From a virus: DNA of 51,080 bases. The notes under the pieces were generated by a model. That model made no database searches and was not told the origin of the DNA. It saw only the letters and a list, made by a program, of their open reading frames with translations. This document shows positions 23,018-30,760 of the stretch, piece by piece. The position numbers and the translations under genes are program-made. Positions within the stretch are counted from its first letter, which is position 1. Each line of letters begins with the position of its first letter. The DNA lies in the IMG/VR virus record IMGVR_UViG_3300050501_000150, positions 1 through 51,080 of that record, one strand, 5' to 3'.

Positions 23018-23284
23018 ATGACACCGAGACAAATAGCAGAGTGGGGCATTAAGGGGGATTTCTCCAGAGGCGAATCGGAAACTCTAGGAATCGCCAAAAT
23101 AACAAGGTGGATTGAGGAAGCCATCACCGCCGCCGAAGAAGCCGCTCGCAATGCCGCCGTCGAGGAAGAGCGCGCGACGTGTGCGAAGATTGCGGACAAC
23201 GCCGGGCGGAAGTTCCATCACAAGGACATGCGGGAGGCTGCGGAATCTATTGCTGGTGAAATCCGCGCCCGATCGGAGAAGTAG
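23018..23284 (+). CDS. Small-protein paralog 3
   Basis: ATG at 23018 after GGGAGGAAAGGG. EERATCAKIADN ... GEIRARSEK. Confidence 0.7.
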   Translation: MTPRQIAEWGIKGDFSRGESETLGIAKITRWIEEAITAAEEAARNAAVEEERATCAKIADNAGRKFHHKDMREAAESIAGEIRARSEK

Positions 23285-23297
23285 GCGGCTACTTCTC
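23276..23297. terminator. Bidirectional hairpin at the convergence of the two genome arms
   Basis: GAGAAGTAG, loop GCGG, CTACTTCTC: a perfect 9-bp stem containing both convergent stop codons (TAG 23282-84; CTA 23289-91). Confidence 0.55.
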
Positions 23298-26200
23298 TTC
23301 CTTATCCCTTCTCTTCTCTACCGTCTCCATCGCGGATTCAACGATCTCATCTACCGACTTCTCTTCAAAGTCCTCTTTCCCCAGATTCGCCAAATGCCGC
23401 TTTAATCCAGCCCAGGCGGCGGCTTTAGTCTCGTTGTCGGCGTCCTTGTAGAATGAGTCTTGAATCAGTTCCTGTGACATTCGGGAGAACGTCTCGGCGA
23501 ATCGGCGTTCGCGAATCCGCAAGTCCGATGTCGCCTCGCGCGCGCCGGTCTTCTTGTCGGTCTTCGGCGCCGGGAACGAAATAGACACCTTCTCGCCCGC
23601 TCTATTCAGTCGGCTGATCTCTTGGGCTACCGGACGAGGGGTATAGGTTGAAACGTTGGCAGGGCTGAATTGTGCGGCAATGCGGGCGGATGTGCTGAAC
23701 TCACCGAGAGCGGTTTTACGATCCTCGCCTGTGAGCAAACTTGGACGCCTCGGAAAACTCTCCGACACGCCGGGAATCTGGCTTAATGCGCGGCTTGTGG
23801 CTTCTCTCGCAAATCCTCCGATCCCACCCCGTTGCTCTGGTCGGGTATCCCTCTCGTATGGATCGATCACCTGGCGGGTTTGGCGTGCGAGGGACGGGAC
23901 GAAACTTGACGGCACGTCCAGCCCGATCGCCCTCATAAACTGATAAACCACCTGGCTCGGCGTTTCGCCCGTTCCGGCTTGCCTCACATAGCGAGAGAGA
24001 TTCTTTATCACGGACTGATCGCCCATAATGTCGAGCGTCTTGGCCAGGGAGTTGTAAACCGCTTCCCCGCTGGCTTTCGCGCCTGACACCCCGCCGAGCT
24101 TGCCATTCTTATGCAATCCCCACAGCGCGGCGCCAGCACTCAAATTCATTGCCCACGGTTGCAGCCAGTCTATTGAATACAGAGTATCGCCGTCCTGCAT
24201 TTCACCGCCAAAATCGCCTGTGAGCATCCTGCGCAGCGCCGAGGCATTCAGGGAGTAACCCCTAACCCCCTCTTCCCTCTCGAACCCCTTCCCGGTCTTG
24301 TTTTCTTCCTCTGGCCCGACCAGAACACCGGCAGCCGCCAAGCCGGCGCCGAGTCCGACGCCAGTTGCTGCGCCCTCAGCCACGCGGGACAGAGCGAGCA
24401 GCGTGTTGCGGCGGCGGAATTGGCCAGGCGTGGCGGCTTGTTTTGCCACTTCAAACAGGCCAAGGGGGGATCGTTCCAGGCCTCTTTTTAACAACGCGCC
24501 GGGGATCTGGGTGTATTTGGCCACGAAATCACCGAGGCCGAATTTATCCGTCCCGGTGATCGGCTTGCTGGCCTTGTTAAAGAACTTCTTGAGATGTTTT
24601 AGCGCATCCGAAGCGAAATTCTTGTCTCTCAGACTTGCCTTGTTCGCCTCCAGCATCGCCTGATCGATGGCGTCTTGCTGAGCGAACGGCTTCCCTGATC
24701 GCTTCCCTGCTTCCACGATGGACTTTAGCGAATCTTCAAATCTTGTCTGCCAGTTCGCAGCGTCTGGGATCTCGTTGAGCCAGGTCATTACCTTTTGGAC
24801 GGCCTTATCGACCTTGTTCGCATTGGCGGTATGCTGAATCGGGCTTCGCTTTCCCGGCAACGGCTGACCGGACTTGTAGGCCTGCACGGCTTTCTGCATG
24901 TTGCGAACGTAATTGACCAAATCGCTGCCCCGCGGCGCCGTAATCTGTCTCCCCTTACCCGTCACCCCGCTGTACACCCAATCCATTGCGGCGGCGACCC
25001 TGGTAGCGATTCTTTCCTGCTTACCATATCCGACATGCTGGAGAACGTTGCGGATTACGAATTTCGGATTGCCTAATTGGCTTAATGCTTGAACGCCCCC
25101 GGCAGTCCGTGACACTTCCGCGCGCGACGGCCGCCTCATATTGCCGAGGAATCCCAGTCCGAAGCCCATAACGTGGCCCTTGCCTTCGCGGAGAGTCGCG
25201 GCGGAATAGTAATCGTTGCCGATTTTGACAAGATTGTTTCGCTCTGCTTCCTTCAGTGACTGCGGGTAATCGTGGCGGTGTAGGCTTATCCCGCCTTCCT
25301 CATTGGCCTTGATCATTGCCGCGTCAAAGTCGGCTCTAGACATACCGGGAAACTGTTCCCGCAGTTTAGTGATCTCAACCGGCGAACTCGGCGTCCGTGC
25401 CAACCTGGCCACACTGCGAACGATATCCGGCGGCTTCCCTCTTGATTCCATCGGCGCCGCTGGTTGCGCTACGGGGCCAGTGGACTTCACAAACGACGCT
25501 TCCCTATTCCCCCGGGTGCGCGGATTCTGGATCGTGCGTTCAACGCCTTCGCTATCGATCACGCGCAGTTTGCCACGCGGTACGCCTTTCTGATTGGGCG
25601 ACTCGGTTACTGCGCCGAATTTGCTGTGCTGGATCTGGCGCCCTGTCTCCACAGATGGCGGCGTCTCAAGGGCCGCTTCCGTCCTCTTAAACCTCGTCGG
25701 CGTCCGTGGCGCAATCCTCTCCCCCGGCTCGATTCCGATCTGCTGCTGCAACCTGCGCCGCTCTTTCTGCTGATCGACTGCGATCTTCAAATCGAAGCGG
25801 TTGGCTTCTAACTGTTCAGGTGTCAGGCGCGAACGTCCGCGAATATCCTGATTGCGGACGTCTTCCATGCGTCGGATCTCGTCAACAAGTTCTTGGTCGG
25901 AAAATCTCTCAAAATGGCCTTGGCGCGCGTCTTCCCGGGAAATGAACGTTTCCGAGGCCTTCAACCCAGGGATCTGCACCTCTTGAGTCACTTTCCGCCC
26001 GGGCGTGAGCGTTTCCGGCATTTCGGGTTCTTTGGCCTGCAATGCGGCGCGTCTCGCCTGTCTCTCTTCCGGCAATGGTCCCCGTTCCGGCCTCATTCCC
26101 GGAGGTTCCCCTATTTCCCTTGGCGCGCGGGCATTCTCATAATCCCGAATATGCGCGGTAATCTGGTTGTATTCGTCGCGTAGATCGCCCGTAAAGTCTC

Positions 26201-28337
26201 CCCTACGGTCGTAGGCGAGGCGCCCTAACTCTTCCTGTCGGGAACGGAGAGAATCTATGGTTTCCGGGGTAGCCTTTGGGACAGCCAGGCGTTCAGTTCT
26301 GGGACGATCAATTGGACTTCTTGTTTGGCCTGCTGGAGGTGTTGTTTGTATTCTTTCGTCAACTGCCGCCTCCGGACGTACTTCCGTTTCGGCGGGTTGC
26401 CGTTCATTTGGCGGTATATCTGCTTGTGAAGGTCTTCGTACATTGGCGGCAGTTTGCAACCGTTCTGGTTGCATTGTCAACGCTGGCAATTCCCTTGTCG
26501 GCGCATTCTCAGCCGCAATCCTCTCCCTGATCGCCGGCATTTGCTGCGTCTCCGGCGCGTCGGGATACTGAAGGCGCTGAGTCTCTGGCGTGACCGACCC
26601 CGGCGGCAATAGCTTGCGACTGGGCAGCGATGACGGTTGCGCAATGATCGCGCCTTCCGGCGTGCGTGGTGGTGGAGTTGGCGGCGCAACCTGGGACGCC
26701 AGGACAGTTAATTCCCGCCCGTCTTCAAGCTTGACGCGCACACGTCCAAAAGATTGGCCTTCGACCGTCCCATTGACACCTTCAACCGATACTGCTTTAC
26801 CGCGATAATTCGTGGCCTCGCGCGCAGCTCGCGCTGCCTGCTCTCTCTCGGTGAACGCCCCAACAATCTCACGCTTCTTGGCGGCCACTCGCATCGCTAC
26901 GCCTTTGCGGTATTTGTCGGCTTCCTGGCGCCCTTGGCCCTGTGCAAGATCGGCAGCGCGCAGTTTGGCTTGATTCAGCGGCTGATCCACTTGCTTTATC
27001 CAGCGCGCCTCTTGCTCGGGCGTGAGCGTGTAATCCTTGTCGCCCACTCTGACAGCGCGCCCTTGTGGTTGAGGCTGGGGCGGGGAAGGTTCCGCCCCTG
27101 CGGTCACGGGCTGAATGGCTGGGAGAACTTGAGCGCGCGGCGAAGCCTGCGCAGGTTTCGGAACAAATCGTGGATCGGGTTGGGTAACAATCTCTCTAAC
27201 AGCGCGGGATAATGGTTCAGTAGGAATAATCTCTTCACCGCGCGCAGGCGGCAATAATCTACGGCCAGCAATCGGCGACTCTGGCGCAATGATGGCCCCC
27301 TCGGGCGTGCGGGGATTCGGTCTGATTTGGGTTGATATTGGCCGCCTCGCGGCCCCCACCGCGCCAGGCGCTGATAATGCCCCGCCAATTACACCCGATT
27401 TTGCCAATTCGCGCGGGTTCAGTTTGCCCTCAAACGCCAATTGCTCAGCCCCCGTGGCCGTCACATTGCCCGCCGCGCCGCCCAAGACTTCGCCCCCTGC
27501 GCGCGCTAGGCCCTGAGCGGCTGGACGGGCAAGACGAGAAGCAACGGCGCCGCCAATTCTCTGTCCCGCCTGACCGCCGAGTATTGGCGCAGCTGCGCCA
27601 ATACCTGTCTGTAGCGCGCTTCTTCCTGGCGCTTGTCGCCACTGTTCAGCCGGGATATTGGCTGCCGCCAGACCACCTCCGGTTAGCGCGGCCCCCAAAA
27701 TGCCAGTGCCTCCGGTTAGCGCCGCAACCCCTGCGGACGGGATTGCTTCAACGATTCCTTCGCCGATCTCCGTCCCCAGACTCGACGGCCGGCTTGCTTG
27801 ACGTTCGGCCAGTCCCGCCGATCTCTCGGCCTGCCACTCGGCTAGCGCTTTATCACCAGTTGCGCGGGCCTGACGAGAATGAAGCAGATTCGGGATACTA
27901 GGCGCGACCGTCATGGCATTCATGATCGGCGTGAGGCCGCGATTTAACGCGTCCTTCCCGCGCTCATACCATTGCTCAGCCATCGGCTTTTTCTCGAACG
28001 CTTCCCGCGCTCTCCCGCGCCGGTTCTGTTCCTGCACACTTTCATACAGCGGGCCAAATTTAGACTCTGGGGCTATCTTTGGCTGTGGCGCACGGTTCAT
28101 TCTTGCCGATTGATTTAGAGACTCGTCCAAACTCGCCGGCCTGCGGACGTTGAACTCCTGCCGCTCGGTCGGCGCTAGGTTACGCGGCTGCGGGCGTTGT
28201 GGCTGCCTACGCTCCCGCATGAACGAATCCACGTCGAAAGACGGTCCAGTGGATACCTGCTGCTGTCCGCCGGGCGGCTGCGCGGCGGCCTTCCGGCGTT
28301 CCGCCATAAATTTGTCAATGTCGAAATCTTGTGGCAT
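23289..28337 (-). CDS. Giant 1682-aa virion-associated protein (candidate internal/ejection or polyvalent protein)
   Basis: Last gene of the late operon. Gly/Ala-rich hydrophobic N-terminal third, internal repeats (PRTPEGAIIA..LLPP twice), long Pro/Arg-rich linkers. No enzymatic motif seen by eye. Confidence 0.6.
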   Translation of the reverse strand: MPQDFDIDKFMAERRKAAAQPPGGQQQVSTGPSFDVDSFMRERRQPQRPQPRNLAPTERQEFNVRRPASLDESLNQSARMNRAPQPKIAPESKFGPLYESVQEQNRRGRAREAFEKKPMAEQWYERGKDALNRGLTPIMNAMTVAPSIPNLLHSRQARATGDKALAEWQAERSAGLAERQASRPSSLGTEIGEGIVEAIPSAGVAALTGGTGILGAALTGGGLAAANIPAEQWRQAPGRSALQTGIGAAAPILGGQAGQRIGGAVASRLARPAAQGLARAGGEVLGGAAGNVTATGAEQLAFEGKLNPRELAKSGVIGGALSAPGAVGAARRPISTQIRPNPRTPEGAIIAPESPIAGRRLLPPARGEEIIPTEPLSRAVREIVTQPDPRFVPKPAQASPRAQVLPAIQPVTAGAEPSPPQPQPQGRAVRVGDKDYTLTPEQEARWIKQVDQPLNQAKLRAADLAQGQGRQEADKYRKGVAMRVAAKKREIVGAFTEREQAARAAREATNYRGKAVSVEGVNGTVEGQSFGRVRVKLEDGRELTVLASQVAPPTPPPRTPEGAIIAQPSSLPSRKLLPPGSVTPETQRLQYPDAPETQQMPAIRERIAAENAPTRELPALTMQPERLQTAANVRRPSQADIPPNERQPAETEVRPEAAVDERIQTTPPAGQTRSPIDRPRTERLAVPKATPETIDSLRSRQEELGRLAYDRRGDFTGDLRDEYNQITAHIRDYENARAPREIGEPPGMRPERGPLPEERQARRAALQAKEPEMPETLTPGRKVTQEVQIPGLKASETFISREDARQGHFERFSDQELVDEIRRMEDVRNQDIRGRSRLTPEQLEANRFDLKIAVDQQKERRRLQQQIGIEPGERIAPRTPTRFKRTEAALETPPSVETGRQIQHSKFGAVTESPNQKGVPRGKLRVIDSEGVERTIQNPRTRGNREASFVKSTGPVAQPAAPMESRGKPPDIVRSVARLARTPSSPVEITKLREQFPGMSRADFDAAMIKANEEGGISLHRHDYPQSLKEAERNNLVKIGNDYYSAATLREGKGHVMGFGLGFLGNMRRPSRAEVSRTAGGVQALSQLGNPKFVIRNVLQHVGYGKQERIATRVAAAMDWVYSGVTGKGRQITAPRGSDLVNYVRNMQKAVQAYKSGQPLPGKRSPIQHTANANKVDKAVQKVMTWLNEIPDAANWQTRFEDSLKSIVEAGKRSGKPFAQQDAIDQAMLEANKASLRDKNFASDALKHLKKFFNKASKPITGTDKFGLGDFVAKYTQIPGALLKRGLERSPLGLFEVAKQAATPGQFRRRNTLLALSRVAEGAATGVGLGAGLAAAGVLVGPEEENKTGKGFEREEGVRGYSLNASALRRMLTGDFGGEMQDGDTLYSIDWLQPWAMNLSAGAALWGLHKNGKLGGVSGAKASGEAVYNSLAKTLDIMGDQSVIKNLSRYVRQAGTGETPSQVVYQFMRAIGLDVPSSFVPSLARQTRQVIDPYERDTRPEQRGGIGGFAREATSRALSQIPGVSESFPRRPSLLTGEDRKTALGEFSTSARIAAQFSPANVSTYTPRPVAQEISRLNRAGEKVSISFPAPKTDKKTGAREATSDLRIRERRFAETFSRMSQELIQDSFYKDADNETKAAAWAGLKRHLANLGKEDFEEKSVDEIVESAMETVEKRRDKEEK

Positions 28338-28362
28338 GTTTTACAGCGTTTAGGAGTTCGGC

Positions 28363-28524
28363 ATGAATATTCTGATCCGCATACTGAAACTGGCGCTTAC
28401 CAACACTCTCGCAATGATAATGCTCATCAGCGTGATTGGCGGTATCAGCCAGGCATCGGTGTTTTTAATTAGCCGTTGGAGAAAAAGGGGACAATGCCAT
28501 CATTCAGGGACTCGAAAACCTTGA
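28363..28524 (+). CDS. 53-aa hydrophobic micro-protein antisense to the late operon
   Basis: AGGAG (28352-56) 6 nt before the ATG. Sequence MNILIRILKLALTNTLAMIMLISVIGGISQASVFLISRWRKRGQ... Overlaps the 3' end of the 28500..29456 gene. Confidence 0.3.
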   Translation: MNILIRILKLALTNTLAMIMLISVIGGISQASVFLISRWRKRGQCHHSGTRKP

Positions 28525-29456
28525 TCCTTAAAATGTTCCTTCATCCCCTTCATCGTCCAACCTGCCGCATGGCCCCCAGCTCGCTTGAATGCCTCTTTGA
28601 TATCGTCAATTGTGGCGTTGCCTTTCGATCCCGGCTTTGGCTTTGCGCCACCCTGACGCTGTGCGGCACGCGAGTTCGCGCCAGCCTCTCGACGATCGGC
28701 AACTTTCTCGCGGGATTTGATATTGCGCTCGTTGATGGCCGCCGCGCCCGACTCGCCTACCGGAACTTTTCTACCATCGGGGAAAATCTGATATGTCCGA
28801 ATCTTGCCGTCAGGATCAACAATATTCTGGTAGCTCGGCGTCTCGGGTCGTGGCAGAGGTTCGGTGCCTGGGATAATTCCGCCGGCTGCCGGATCGTACA
28901 AACCTCGGGGCGAAGTGACGGGCCTCGGCGCCGGTGGCGGTAAACGATTCTTATAAGCCTGTGATTCCAGTTCCCCGATCTGCGCCTGTCTATATTGCGC
29001 ATTTTGTTCGTCAATCCCGGCCTGTCGCTGCGTTGCGCGTTCCGTGTCTTCCATTCCGAACTGTTCGAGGATCTGCGGCCGTCTCCGTTGGTTGAACTGT
29101 TGTTCCCGTAGCCCTCTTGGATCAGCGGCGCCGTAAATGCCACCAGTTAATGCGCCTGCCAATCCGCCGCCATGCGTGAACGCATCAAGCGCGCCGAGTC
29201 CGAATGATTTCAACCGCCCCGGCGTCCCCCGCATATATCCCTGCTTTTCGGCCTGATAACGCTGAGAATGCGTTGGCGGTGGAGCGTCTTGAGGGGCATA
29301 GGACGGCGCGGGCATTCCGCCAGGATTCCCCATTGGCGGCGCCATTGCAGGCCGCGGGGGGATCGGGTTCGGCAGATTCGGATTAAATCCCGGCGTGAGA
29401 AGACGTCGCCGTCTCTCTTCTTCATCGTCAAATGGAAAGATTGGCATAGTTGTCAC
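28500..29456 (-). CDS. Pro/Gln-rich virion-associated protein (candidate internal protein)
   Basis: 318 aa, low complexity (PPMGNPGGMPAPSYAPQDAPPP), between the GT-C gene and the giant gene. The start is the GTG at 29456 or the ATG at 29447. Confidence 0.6.
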   Translation of the reverse strand: MTTMPIFPFDDEEERRRRLLTPGFNPNLPNPIPPRPAMAPPMGNPGGMPAPSYAPQDAPPPTHSQRYQAEKQGYMRGTPGRLKSFGLGALDAFTHGGGLAGALTGGIYGAADPRGLREQQFNQRRRPQILEQFGMEDTERATQRQAGIDEQNAQYRQAQIGELESQAYKNRLPPPAPRPVTSPRGLYDPAAGGIIPGTEPLPRPETPSYQNIVDPDGKIRTYQIFPDGRKVPVGESGAAAINERNIKSREKVADRREAGANSRAAQRQGGAKPKPGSKGNATIDDIKEAFKRAGGHAAGWTMKGMKEHFKDQGFRVPE

Positions 29457-29459
29457 CGA

Positions 29460-30692
29460 TTAAATGAATAACCCGGTCCGGCAGCAGATCGAATAAATGG
29501 CGACAGTGGCCAGGCTGAGCAACAAGACCATTCCCGCCGCCCACCGGCGACGATCGGCGAGCGCCCATTCGACGGCGAGTCCAAACATCGCATACAGCGG
29601 CAGCGCGCCGAATTGGATGTAGGCGCCCTTGATGACCCCGTGGCTGTCGTAAGGATATTTCACCGCGAAGGCGAAGGCCAATAGCGTAGCGAGCAGGGGA
29701 ACGACGAGCAGCGCAGCCCATTCCCACTTTCTGTCTATTACGACCCTGCGCACGCTCATCACCCACGCCGCCAACGTCGCTATGAATATCAGCGTTCCGC
29801 CGACCATCGCCAGTCTTCCCATCCAGAGCGCTGATTTGGCCATCGGGCGGCCGTTAATCGTCAGAGCGCCATCATTCCCCGCGAAACTGTGATTGTAATA
29901 GTCCACGAAGGTGGAGGCGAGGACGACGGGCGCAAATCGGCCAATGGCCGTTGGGTAGTATGGGCTCGCATATATTCCCCAATCCCAACCGAGGAAGCCT
30001 ATGGCGCGCCGGGACAGATATGGAATATTGATTTCGACGTGCCCCATCCGCTCCGGCGCGATCTCATAACTCGTGGCGAATGGACTATGGCCTCGCAGCC
30101 AATAGAGGCTCGGGATTACCATCAGGCAGACCGCAAGAACCATTAAACGCCGCCTGATCCCAAACGCCATCAGCATCGCTACGGCTGAAGCCTTCGTCAG
30201 GAGCGCCAGGCCCGAGAGCATCCCGACCGCTATGCTCGATCTGCCCTTCAACCACAGCAGCATCGCAGCCGCGCAGAGCAGCCCGTTGAGAGATTCATTC
30301 GCGGTCATCCCGTCAATCATTATCGAAGACGGGAGGACTGCGGCGAGCGCGAGAGCGGCGAGTCGGGCGCGGCGCAAAGGGATGCAGCATTCCAGTCCCG
30401 CCCAGATAATGCCAAGTCTGCCGACTCCACAGACCGCAGACAACCATATCAATCCCTGCCAGGTTGCACCGAACTTAACCAGCGCCGCCGCGATCGCATG
30501 ATATAGCGGTGGATGGTAGGCGACATGGTTGACCGCGGGATCTGGCAGCGCGCCATCGGCGATTGATTGGATATAGAGCCAATGCGCGCCGGCGTCATAG
30601 CCCCACTCGGCCCGATAGCGCCATCCCGCTGCCATAGTGAGACGAAGAAGCGCGCCAACTATGAAGATGACGAATTCTGGTAGTTTGCGCAT
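29460..30692 (-). CDS. GT-C fold polytopic membrane glycosyltransferase (ArnT/PMT/GT39-like)
   Basis: 410 aa with about 10-11 TM helices. The N-terminal pattern (LRLTMAAGWRYRAEWGYDAGAHWLYIQSI...YHPPLYH) is typical of ArnT/PMT-type enzymes. Confidence 0.6.
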   Translation of the reverse strand: MRKLPEFVIFIVGALLRLTMAAGWRYRAEWGYDAGAHWLYIQSIADGALPDPAVNHVAYHPPLYHAIAAALVKFGATWQGLIWLSAVCGVGRLGIIWAGLECCIPLRRARLAALALAAVLPSSIMIDGMTANESLNGLLCAAAMLLWLKGRSSIAVGMLSGLALLTKASAVAMLMAFGIRRRLMVLAVCLMVIPSLYWLRGHSPFATSYEIAPERMGHVEINIPYLSRRAIGFLGWDWGIYASPYYPTAIGRFAPVVLASTFVDYYNHSFAGNDGALTINGRPMAKSALWMGRLAMVGGTLIFIATLAAWVMSVRRVVIDRKWEWAALLVVPLLATLLAFAFAVKYPYDSHGVIKGAYIQFGALPLYAMFGLAVEWALADRRRWAAGMVLLLSLATVAIYSICCRTGLFI

Positions 30693-30760
30693 GCGCCGTA
30701 TTATGGCGGATGCGGCTCCAAAAACCGATGCCCGGTCTTGCCGCCGACGGCGGCCCCTGA

